DNA of 64,000 bases from Proteromonas lacertae (taxonomy: Eukaryota): NCBI GenBank assembly GCA_002245135.1, contig NGBS01000327.1:1-64000 (forward strand), written 5' to 3'. The notes under the pieces are model-generated. The model was not told the DNA's origin. It saw only the letters and a program-made list of their open reading frames with translations, and did no database searches. Within the stretch, counting starts at the first letter, position 1, and every line of letters begins with the position of its first letter. The position numbers were made by a program, and so were the translations under genes. This document shows, piece after piece, positions 1 through 10,576 of this stretch.

Positions 1-804
1 TTATTATTATTACATTATTATCATTGCTATTATTTCCATTGTTGTTATTATTGTTATTATCATTACTTCCATTGTCTGCATTTACTAATACTCCTCTTAC
101 CATATTATCATGTCTATTTGTATAACATTTTCTGCTCTTATTTCAGCTGCACTATTATAATGTTCATTATTCATTATGTTAAAATCATTTTCTGGTTCTG
201 GATGTCTTTCATCAATTTCATAATGAGTTTTTTTTAATTCTTCTATTTTCTAGTTGTGTAACACCTATTCTCTCTTTGGGTGTAAAACAACAAATGGATT
301 TCTTTGTAATATAAAATCAGATGCCATACACAATTTATCAATACCATCTGCTATAACGAGTTTTAAATATGCCACATTCTCTTGCATTAGCAGAGTTTTC
401 ATTTCCTGTTAATTTGGATTATAAGCTTCTAATGGTTTACCATGCGCAAAAGGACCTGTTACAAATAAATTTTTACACCAATTAAACATTTTCATATGTT
501 CATCATATAAATTATATATTCTATTAAACTCATGATTTGGCCAACCTATTGGAATAAGTCTATATTGAATAATTAATGCTTTGTTAAATCTTTTCACTTC
601 TTGATCCACATAATTATTTAAATCATCTTCACTTATATTTTGAAATGGTATGACTTGATTCCTTCTATGTCTTCTTCTATGTCTTATTCTGCTCATATCA
701 ATAGGTACATTGTCTTCATTTTCTTCATCTTCATATTCATCATCATCTGTGGGTCCATCTTCTTCATCATCATTTGAATTGTTAACTTGAGGTTGCGGTT
801 GCAT
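1..804 (-). CDS. Hypothetical element protein with acidic N-terminus; apparently frameshifted and continuing past 409 toward the window start
   Basis: ORF 409..804. After the stop, coding-like sequence continues in shifted frames (LTGNENSANARECGIFKTRYSRWY; HYEIDERHPEPENDF), then an Asn-rich tract. Confidence 0.45.
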
Positions 805-883
805 ATATATATAACAATATATAAATTAAAGAATAATTCAAATAAAATTATATTTTAATATTTCTCAACAATTATAAAACATA

Positions 884-1855
884 ATGCAACCAAAAGATAG
901 TAACAACATATTAGCTAATAGAAGAACATTGTTCTTAACAACATCAGACTATAATGAAAAATTATCTAATAAATGGGTTAGATGTATTAATACTCCAACT
1001 ATTACTGAAAAATATCAATATATGAGTTTAATTACTGCAGTTATTCCAAATAACTTCTATACAGTACAAGATGAAGTAAATGATCATATTCTCTTTAATT
1101 TCACTTACTACGAATGCATAAATCCAGATAAAACAAATCCAGCAGAATGGGAAAAACCTGAGAATCAGCTTGGACCTTATTATAAAACTATTGATGCTAA
1201 AATACCTCAAAGAAATTATACTGGTAAAGAATTATTAGAATTTTTTAGTAATAAGTTACTATCGTTAAGTTTTGCAGAAATAGCAGGTGCAGCAGGACCA
1301 TTGCCAGATGAAGATCTTTCACAAAACTATCCGTTTCGTAAAATAGATGATCAAACAGATATACTTCAATTTAGTGAAAGTTCAGAAAATAGATTACACT
1401 TAAAATTCAAATACTTAACTCATTTTGGTAGATTATATTTCACAGATTTTAGCATTGAATTCCCTAACTTAGTTTATAAGTTATATGGTGTAGATGAGAT
1501 GAACAAAAAGTTAGATATTTATCATACAGCAGCTCCAATTGAAGCATTTTTTAATAATATTGATATAGAATATGACAAAATATTGCCTAATCAACCGTCT
1601 TTAATTTGGGTGTCATTCATACAAATTAGATGTGACTGGGTTAATAGTGGTGAGAATTCAATGGTTTTAGCTAACATACCTGTGAAAGATCTTAATACTA
1701 ACTACACCACATTCACTAATCCACAAATTGAATGGACAGCTAAGAAGATGCAATATCACGAATATCAACGAATGACTATATCAGTCACACAACAAGATGG
1801 TTATGCAATTTATTTAAAAAACTTACCTATTTATTTTGAGATTATTTTGTATTAA
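884..1855 (+). CDS. Minor capsid protein (penton, single jelly-roll) of Polinton-like virus
   Basis: 323 aa. N-terminal LFLTTSDY...SLITAVIPNNFYTV and C-terminal FIQIRCDWV...VLANIPV...MTISVTQQDGYAIYLKN...FEIIL match the PLV/polinton penton pattern. Adjacent to MCP and ATPase. Confidence 0.75.
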   Translation: MQPKDSNNILANRRTLFLTTSDYNEKLSNKWVRCINTPTITEKYQYMSLITAVIPNNFYTVQDEVNDHILFNFTYYECINPDKTNPAEWEKPENQLGPYYKTIDAKIPQRNYTGKELLEFFSNKLLSLSFAEIAGAAGPLPDEDLSQNYPFRKIDDQTDILQFSESSENRLHLKFKYLTHFGRLYFTDFSIEFPNLVYKLYGVDEMNKKLDIYHTAAPIEAFFNNIDIEYDKILPNQPSLIWVSFIQIRCDWVNSGENSMVLANIPVKDLNTNYTTFTNPQIEWTAKKMQYHEYQRMTISVTQQDGYAIYLKNLPIYFEIILY

Positions 1856-1908
1856 TAAATTTCTTGCTATTTTTAAGTATTTTTTAATCTTTTAAAATAA
1901 CATAAATT

Positions 1909-3330
1909 ATGTCAATCACTGCTATACCTAATTCACAAAAGCATGAAAGCATTGTGCCAGCTTACATACCAATTTACAACCATATTTTAGTTACTCCAAA
2001 CCAAAGCAGGAATGAGACTGTTTTATCTTTAAATTCAAACAGTGATGCTATTACATTTGAAATATCTGGTGATAATTGTGTTAACTTATCAAAAAGCTAT
2101 TTTGAATTCATATTAGATTATACTACAGGTCAAACTAGAGCTCATGCTGCTGCAGATTCAGGTAATTGGGATATGCCTTTTGTACCTAAAAGAGATACTA
2201 GTGCAAATAATTTAGATAAACTAACATTGAAGAATACTATGAATTTTGGTACATTAAAAGTATACAACAAAACAGGAACTTTGCTATGTGATTTGGATAC
2301 TAGTTATAATGAATATAGAGATTTAGCTCATGAAATTGCAAATCAATTTCCTTATGATTTAAAAGAACCAGATTATTACAAGAAAATATTTGATGGTTTA
2401 GGATTTAATACTGCAAATCAAAAAATAGGTGAAAATTTATTATGTCATTCAGCTAATACATTAAATCCAAGTGGAGGTGTTCAAAATTATTATGTAATGC
2501 AAAATGGTATGACAGATACATTACATGGTCAAATACTGTGTAGATTTCATTTTGCAGACATATACAATACTATTTTAGCTTTGAAGAATGATATTTATTT
2601 TGGTGAAGTAATATACATACAATTCACATTTGCACCTATAATGAATTGGGTTCATCATAATGATGGAGATAAATATATAAACCAATGGCAAGCATTTTTA
2701 GGAATGAAAATAGTTAATCCTCATCTTTATGTTTGTTATAACAAAGATCCAACTTGCAATGCCAATACCATCAATTATTCAACTCATCATCCTATTGACT
2801 TTACTGATTTTAACATAGTTCAAATAACTAAAGATCCTATTCCAGGTAATAGTACTTTTAACTATAACTTCAGTATTAATAGCAGCATTGGAAGTTATGT
2901 TAAGTTTATATTATACAGAGCATACATAAATGATGCTTATATAAGAACTATAGTTCCTTTTGATAAAGAAGAAGATAGAATTAGATGGCAAATTAATGAT
3001 TTTGTCTATACTCCTGATTATTTATATCCTGCAAAATACCAAACTTGGGAATATATGAGAAATATTATTCAAAATACATTATATGAAAAATGTTCAGCAT
3101 ATTCATTCCCTTATAGATTCTTTGATGTATTAAATTTCAGTACTGATCGATTAACTGAATTAAAATTAAGAGCTGGTAAAGACTTAGCAAGTGATTTAAA
3201 AATTACTTTGGATTGCTCAAATCATGATTTTGATACTGCAAAAAATACTTATACAATTCATCATAAATTCTATATTATTACAGGTAAACAATTAGTTATT
3301 GGACCAAGAGGTGTTGAGAAAGTAGTATAA
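1909..3330 (+). CDS. Major capsid protein (double jelly-roll) of Polinton-like virus
   Basis: 473 aa, beta-rich, N-terminal ITFEISGDNCVNLSKSYFEF like PLV MCPs. Lies between penton and packaging ATPase. Intronless. Confidence 0.72.
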   Translation: MSITAIPNSQKHESIVPAYIPIYNHILVTPNQSRNETVLSLNSNSDAITFEISGDNCVNLSKSYFEFILDYTTGQTRAHAAADSGNWDMPFVPKRDTSANNLDKLTLKNTMNFGTLKVYNKTGTLLCDLDTSYNEYRDLAHEIANQFPYDLKEPDYYKKIFDGLGFNTANQKIGENLLCHSANTLNPSGGVQNYYVMQNGMTDTLHGQILCRFHFADIYNTILALKNDIYFGEVIYIQFTFAPIMNWVHHNDGDKYINQWQAFLGMKIVNPHLYVCYNKDPTCNANTINYSTHHPIDFTDFNIVQITKDPIPGNSTFNYNFSINSSIGSYVKFILYRAYINDAYIRTIVPFDKEEDRIRWQINDFVYTPDYLYPAKYQTWEYMRNIIQNTLYEKCSAYSFPYRFFDVLNFSTDRLTELKLRAGKDLASDLKITLDCSNHDFDTAKNTYTIHHKFYIITGKQLVIGPRGVEKVV

Positions 3331-3401
3331 ATAACACTTTATTATTGACTTCTATTTTTATTTTTTGATTTCTCACTACATAATATATATATACACACAC
3401 T

Positions 3402-4163
3402 ATGTTTAAATTTGAAAAAATAAATAATATACAAATTGAACCTGTTGATGGTGGTGAGTCTTTTGATCCTAAGAAAATTCTGGGATATGATTACTTTAAT
3501 GAGCCTTTCTGCAATATATTTATTGTAGCTCGTAAGAACAGTGGGAAAACCACTTTGATATACAATATATTAAGACATATTATAGATCCAAAATATAAGA
3601 AAAAACAACATGTACATTTTTTCGTAGGCACAATTAAACAAGATAGGATATATGATTCAATTAAAGAGTTATTAGATTATAATGAAATTAGTTATGATGA
3701 AAACGATTCATTATTTGAACCTTATTCAGGAGATAATTTAGTAGAGAAGTTAATGAAATCAATTGATGATACAAACAAAGATAATTTTGAGTATGCAGAA
3801 CATATTATAATATTTGATGATCTTAGTTTAGAGTTGAAAACAGCTAATATCATACCAGTATTAATGAAAGAAAATAGACATTTAAAATCAAAAATTATAA
3901 TTAGTAGTCAATATATTACTGATATAGTACCTTCAGCAAGATCACAAGTAGATTATTGTTTAACATTTTATGGATTGAGTAATAGAAATTTGTTTGACTT
4001 ATACAACTCATTGAATATATGGATACCTGAATATGAAACATTTAAAGAGTTATATTTAGCTGTTACTAAGCCACAATATAACTTCTTATATATTGATAAT
4101 GTTAAAAAAGTGTTTAGAGCTAACTTTAATATTTTGATTGAAGATCATTCTGAAGTTTCTTGA
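3402..4163 (+). CDS. A32-like (FtsK-HerA family) viral genome-packaging ATPase
   Basis: Walker A IFIVARKNSGKTT, Walker B IIIFDDL, Arg-finger/sensor KENRHLKSKIIISSQY, IVPSARSQVDY, C-terminal YNFLYID. Confidence 0.92.
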   Translation: MFKFEKINNIQIEPVDGGESFDPKKILGYDYFNEPFCNIFIVARKNSGKTTLIYNILRHIIDPKYKKKQHVHFFVGTIKQDRIYDSIKELLDYNEISYDENDSLFEPYSGDNLVEKLMKSIDDTNKDNFEYAEHIIIFDDLSLELKTANIIPVLMKENRHLKSKIIISSQYITDIVPSARSQVDYCLTFYGLSNRNLFDLYNSLNIWIPEYETFKELYLAVTKPQYNFLYIDNVKKVFRANFNILIEDHSEVS

Positions 4164-4207
4164 TGTTTTTATTAATTTTGTTATTTTATTGTTTATTAAT
4201 TCAAAAA

Positions 4208-4993
4208 ATGTTTATTGGGGAACGAAATACTTCAGATATAAATATTGATACAGATAAGCTTGCTAAAGATATAGCTGACAAAATAAATATACAACCTACT
4301 GATCCTGATACTATTGTTAAACCTATTAATAATCATACTGATACTCAAATAAATAATATTATTACACCTGTTAATGATATCAAAACTACTACAAATACTA
4401 TATATGGTAAATGTCAAGAAATATATAATGTTGTAAATAATAGCTCTGGAGGTAGTACTACAATAGTTAATAATTCTGTATCACCTAAATTATTGCATAC
4501 TGAATATACATATTGGTCAGTTAATTTCTATATATTTCAAGATGGTTCCATCAATCAATATGAATCTACTGTAAAAGTACCTATAAAAATTCAAATGTTT
4601 GAACATTTTATGAGAATCAAGATATACAATGGCCTTGTTTTAAAAAATCATGATGATGGTTATGGATTTATATTATATCTAGATGACAATCATGTTATTA
4701 AAGCTGAACCAGGTAAAGAAGATTTATTGCAACAATATTATAACAAATTATTAGAAACATACTTTGTAGATGGTAGTAATGGAATATACTTCCCTATACA
4801 AGGTGTAATAAATGAAACTTCACAACCTGCAATTAATGATTATGGATGTTTTTGGCCTATATTAAGAAATAATAATAATAAATGTAATCTTTATATAGAA
4901 CGAAAAGGTCTTGATGCATATTCATATCAAGCATTCCCACCTCAAGTTATTATAACAGAGTGGATGGATACAGGTGTTACAGAACCATTTTAA
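4208..4993 (+). CDS. Hypothetical viral protein, possibly fibre/spike
   Basis: First ATG at 4208 (MFIGERN). N/T/I-rich repetitive N-terminal shaft, SSGGST linker, beta-rich C-terminal domain. Co-oriented with capsid genes. Confidence 0.5.
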   Translation: MFIGERNTSDINIDTDKLAKDIADKINIQPTDPDTIVKPINNHTDTQINNIITPVNDIKTTTNTIYGKCQEIYNVVNNSSGGSTTIVNNSVSPKLLHTEYTYWSVNFYIFQDGSINQYESTVKVPIKIQMFEHFMRIKIYNGLVLKNHDDGYGFILYLDDNHVIKAEPGKEDLLQQYYNKLLETYFVDGSNGIYFPIQGVINETSQPAINDYGCFWPILRNNNNKCNLYIERKGLDAYSYQAFPPQVIITEWMDTGVTEPF

Positions 4994-5128
4994 TCTTTAT
5001 TATGATTATTTTATTATGTTTATTATAAAATTTATTATATTTTTATTATATTATATGATTTTTATTAAATTACGCATATTTTTAAACCCTGTCCCAAATC
5101 ATTTTAAGATAAAGATTCGTTTTAAAAT

Positions 5129-5608
5129 TTAGAGTATGTTTATCGTAGTTTGATCATTGTTTCCTTTAACTTCTTCTTGTGCTTCTTCTTCCTCATCATC
5201 ATCACTATCATCAAATATATAATTCTTCTTTACATAATGTTTCAACATAGGATTCTTCTTCAAATGAACACTTCCCATTCCTTCAGGTAGTGTTAACCAT
5301 TCAATATACTTATCAAACACTGCAAAATAATGTCTATTTAATCCTCTTGGTTTTACTGATGGTTTAATATCGAAAAGCATCATATAATATCTCTTATCAC
5401 TATACTTTGTCCACATCTTTTGATGGCAAATAGCACAGAATTCATTATAAGACTTTATCTCTTCCTTAGGTAATGGGCTATCTAAAACTGCACTTATGTT
5501 ATGGTTAAAATATAAGTAAAACTTACATGTTCCACATATACACTTATCTAAATAATCTTCATTATTTCTAAATGAACAAAAGAAAGCAAAGTTTACTGAA
5601 GCACACAT
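5129..5608 (-). CDS. Hypothetical Cys-containing protein with acidic tail (element-borne)
   Basis: 159-aa intronless ORF with CxCxxC and CxxC motifs. Confidence 0.5.
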   Translation of the reverse strand: MCASVNFAFFCSFRNNEDYLDKCICGTCKFYLYFNHNISAVLDSPLPKEEIKSYNEFCAICHQKMWTKYSDKRYYMMLFDIKPSVKPRGLNRHYFAVFDKYIEWLTLPEGMGSVHLKKNPMLKHYVKKNYIFDDSDDDEEEEAQEEVKGNNDQTTINIL

Positions 5609-6249
5609 ATTTATATATTTTTTGATAAAAACGGTTTTTCTAAAATATCAGGAAAATCAAAACTGTTTCTTTTTTCTGTTTATAACAACAGTTTCTCGTC
5701 AGAATTTCGATTTAGTAAAAAATATAGAATACTGTAGATAATTCTTTAAATATATATTTTTGACACTATTTAAATTCTTTTGAATGTTTTTAACTACACT
5801 ATATAAATCCATAAATAAATTGATAAATGAAAAAAAAAACCAAAAAAAAGTAAGAACGCATTCTGTAGCTTGGCCACCACACTATTTAATCACTAAGTCC
5901 TAGTCAGGCTACACAGGACACGCTACTTACTTACATAGAAATACATTTCTTATTCTATAAAGTAGCTACCCTGCCGGGGTAGAACAGGTAGCTACCTATC
6001 TATTTATACACTTTATTTCTACTATCCTACTCTAAAAACTATTAAAAATATAAAAATAAATTTTAACCCATAAATTTATTCACACACTAAAATATATAAA
6101 GAATTTTAAATTCACCGCTTGCTCCAGTATAACCCGTACCAAAAACTAATTCACACTCAAATCGCTTATTCTTATCTGTAGAAGGCACCTAAGAATAGTC
6201 TGGTACGGTTTACCCACATACAGTGATATTCTTACGGTTATACATATAT

Positions 6250-6360
6250 ATTGGAGATAATACTAACATTAATCGAACCATTACACCACTAAAGTATATT
6301 GTTGTTAAAGCATAAGTTATTAAGAAGATTTTACCTTCATTGTTACTCTTAAAACATAAA
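6250..6360 (+). repeat. 111-bp exact direct-repeat copy of STT3 coding sequence (20637..20747)
   Basis: attggagataatactaacatt...ttactcttaaaacataaa is identical at both loci, offset 14387. Confidence 0.95.
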
Positions 6361-9300
6361 ATAAACAATTCACTATTTTATAAAGAGATTCTTACAGTTT
6401 CTAACAACGCACTTCATTTTTTCTTAATACAGCATCTGATTAAACTAGTTTGAATGATGTTGTTTTTAAATTCCTTAGATGATATGTGTTACTTGATATT
6501 CTCATCCGATTTAGAAGTATTTTTAGTATGTATATACTGATAGATAAGTGAAAGAGTAGTTAAGAGTAGTAATGAAGTAGATTTGGTTTTATGGCAAGAG
6601 AATGAATTTAAAACACTGAAGATAATAAATGTAAATAAAATAAAAGAGAAAATGATATTGAAATTCTGTGACATCCTGTCACAGTTACAACATTGCTGTT
6701 CATCCTTTATTTATCCTTCTAGAATTCTTCAGGTGAACAAGTGTAGTGAATATATGGTAGTTTGTAGAGAATATTATATAAGAGATTTAGAAGAGATAAT
6801 TCAAAGAAAATCCTTGTCAAACGATGATACTTGTAGTGTTATATGTTCAATATGTGACTATGCGGTGTTATTAAGCGAATATGATGTAATAATAAGTAAT
6901 TTGAAGAGTTCGAATATAGTATATGGAAGAGATGAAACAATAAAAATATGTGATTTGTTCTTAGATTTAATAAGAAAAGAAGAAGATATGAAGATTTACG
7001 ATGTGTGTTTCAAAAGTCCAGAAGAATTGAAAGGATTAGAATATAATGAGAGAAGTGTGATTTGGTCAATTGGATGTATTTTATATGAAATGATTTGTAA
7101 GAAATTACCATTTAATGAAGATAATAATATGATTAAAACGAAAGAAAATATAATGAGATGTAAGTACAATATTGATGTAGAATGTGATGAAATGTTGAAA
7201 GAAATGATAAATAAGATGTTAAACATGAAAAATGAAGATAGAATGAGTTTAAATGATTTGACAAAAGAAATGATTAAACTAAACGAGATATTGAGAGATG
7301 AAGATAATTTTTTATTGGTAATTGATGAAAGAATAGAATTATTATTCAATAATGATTATTTAATAGATATTTCAATATTTAATGTAAAAGCAGAATATTA
7401 TCTCCATAGAAAAGAAAGTATGTATATATTATATTATTGATATTATTTGAATAGAAATTGGTGATAATTTGATAGAATGTTACAACAACAAATCTGATAA
7501 TAAAATACTATCAATATTATTGATGATGAAATTATACAAAGAAGATAACTTAATAAAAGATAAACTGAAATTTCAAATTCATCACAAATGTAAAAGAAAT
7601 AAAAATAGTAATTTAGATGAAATGATATTTAATATTGATGTTGATTGTATTGATAAAAAGATAATCAGAATTTATTCAAAATGTATTTGTTTATGTAAAG
7701 AAGGAATGGATTATTTCTTCAGAGTATTAAAACTAACGAATTTTGCAAAACTCAGATTTTGTATAAATCTGATTTTTTTGATTTTTTAGATGATGCTGTT
7801 ATTCCAGCTCAACATCAATCATTATTCGGTTCTTATTTTTATGAATTATCAAATTTTCAAGAATTATATTTATGCAAATGTAAAATCACTTTTCATTTCA
7901 TTAAATCATTTGTGAAATTAATTCCATTCATGATGAAATTAAAATATATAGATCTAAGATGTATTTAATATTTTAATTACTTTGATATAGCTAATCCAAT
8001 TGGTCCAAAAGGATTCAAAATGTTACTTCCATATCTGCAGTTATTAATTAATGAATATAATGAATTGAGACTTTATGATATGAATTTGAATGATAAATCA
8101 ATGATATTATTATCTGAAGAATTATACAAACATTCAAATCTAGAAGAAATAGATATTGTAAAGAACAAAAATATTCATTCATCAGGATTAAAAGCCTTAT
8201 TCTCCAAATTTCCTATATCAAAAATTTCATTTGATTTTAATAGAAGTAAAGAATTGCTGGTTGATAAAGACATTCCAAAATTACTTAGATATATAAAATG
8301 CTTTAATATGAATAATTCTGAGATTGATGATAATATTTTCAAATCATTCATTCGCATAAGAACAAATGAATTGAAAAAGATAAAATATTTATATTTGAAT
8401 AGTATAATTTGAAATTTCTCTATTATTTAGATAATATATTAACATATGAAAGTGTAGACTTAATCATCAATAATTTATCTTCATTACCAAATCTTAAACA
8501 TCTTGAGTTAGATGGAAATGAAATAGGAGATATGGGAATGAAAATATTATACCCTCATATGCATTTATTGATAGATAACTATAAAAGAATGAAATGTTCA
8601 AGTATAATAATTATTATTAAACGTATAATAGAAATGGGATTATCTTCAACTGGATTGAAGTATTTAGTTGATGGCTTAAGGAACATTAACAAAAGGATTT
8701 TGCTTGAAATAAATGATAATAATGTTGATTCAGATGGAATAACATATTTAATGAATTATATGAAAGAAAATAATAATATTGAAAAGTTAGTGATTTATAG
8801 TATCATGATTTTATATTTGTTACTAGATAATGCAATTGGCAATGCTGGATTTAGATTATTGTAGAATAAACTAAACATATTAGAATACTATGGAGTAGTA
8901 GATTTGAGTAATATATCAATTGATGATGAAAACGTAATATTATTAGCTAGTAAAATGAATTTAATTGTAAATTGTTACAAAATAACTCTAAATGGCAACA
9001 ATATCCGAATGAATATATCTGACTTAGGCAATACAGGGACAGGACAGGGACATGTCCTAGGACAAATTTAAAAAGGACGTCCTTTGAAGAAGCCATTCTC
9101 CTAGGATATTAAAATTGGCAAAGTACAAAACTTGATTTTTTAATATTTCAAAATTATTTTCTTTTATGCTTATCTTATTTAACTTAAATAGTAATAGAAC
9201 ATAACTATTATATAATATAGAATCATAATTGAAATAATAATAGCAACTTCGTCAATAATTTCTATATAAACAATTCATAATCACTCTCTTCTTCATCATC

Positions 9301-10576
9301 ACCTTCATCATCTTCATTATCATCCTGATATTTTGTGGATATTGTTGAAAGTTTTAATCTCATCATACCATTTATTAACTCCAACTTTAATTTACTTCTT
9401 CTGGTATTTTGTATATAAGATTGTATACTAAACGAACGTTCGATATAAGAGCTAGATGAAGGAATAACTTTGAGAATTGAATAAACTTTATAAAGATTTC
9501 TAAAATACCTACCATATGATTCAAACCAAATGTCATTTTCCATTGTTTCTATATATTTAACGCCTTTATATTTGCTTCTTGTAGAGAAACAATCCAATTC
9601 TTTTCCAACTTCTTCATCAAAAATTGAATCAAATTTTGATAACATAAATGTTATTATTCTTTCTTTTTCTTCTTCAGAAAAGTCATTTGAATCATATATG
9701 TTTAAATATTTTGCGGTTAACAAGACATCCATATCAACTAAGTGTAATTCCTTCTCTACAATATTTGATACTTCTTCCTTCTCTTCGCTACATAAATTTA
9801 TGAGATCAGCTTTTATATTCTTAAAAATATCATAAGCACATGATAAGTTGCTAACGTCACGAGATAGTGTATGTACCTTTTCACATACGTATGTGCAAAT
9901 TCTTTCTATTTCTTTTATATCCTCAAGTTCACTTCTCTTTAATAAATTGATCCTAATTAGCAGCTCAGAGTAACTAATAATATCTTTAAACATTTTGCTG
10001 AAACTTGACCATCTGGTTGAGCATCCTTTCTGTATCTTGATGTTATGCTTTAACTCTTGGAAGACTACTGCTCTAATAGTTTTTGAACTGTTTATGAGCC
10101 TTACAATCTCACAACATGAAGAGTATACTCTTTCATATCTTTCTATTTTGGTTATTATTTGTCGAATTATAATATTCAGGATGTGAGCGGTGCAGCCTAT
10201 AGCTATTACTGGTTTATCTATCATATTTTGAATAATTCTAGAAGCTCTTATCATTACTGGACAATTATCTGTCATTGATGCACATATCTTTTCAAAACTA
10301 ATTTCGTTTCTATCAAAACAATCTTTTATTAGTTGAACTATTGTTTCTGCACGTCCATCTCCATTCGATTCAACTGATTCTATGAAATAAAATCCATTTT
10401 TTCCTTTACAGGCTATGTTATAAATACTACAATGACTGATATCTTTATATTCGTCTACGACCAGAGTGAGGTTTTCTTCTTTTTTAATACTATCTAAGGT
10501 CTTTTTTCCTTCTAGTATAATTGTTTCTTTTATTCTTTTTGTACCCCAAACTTTAAATTTTGTCGGAGCTACAATA

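Larger units (their letters stand above)
1..6249. mobile_element. Endogenous Polinton-like virus / Polinton (right-hand part; left end outside window)
   Basis: Compact intronless cluster of minor capsid, major capsid and A32-like ATPase, unlike the intron-rich host genes downstream. Right boundary inferred from the junction with the STT3-derived fragment at 6250. No polymerase or integrase is visible in the window. Confidence 0.82.

Noticed and set aside
860..3375. ATTTCTCA upstream of penton and ATPase genes as a viral late promoter
   Set aside because: Only two exact copies of an AT-rich 8-mer; could be chance.
5850..6249. Self-cleaving ribozyme or tRNA in the hairpin region
   Set aside because: No hammerhead core, HDV-like pseudoknot or cloverleaf could be identified by eye.
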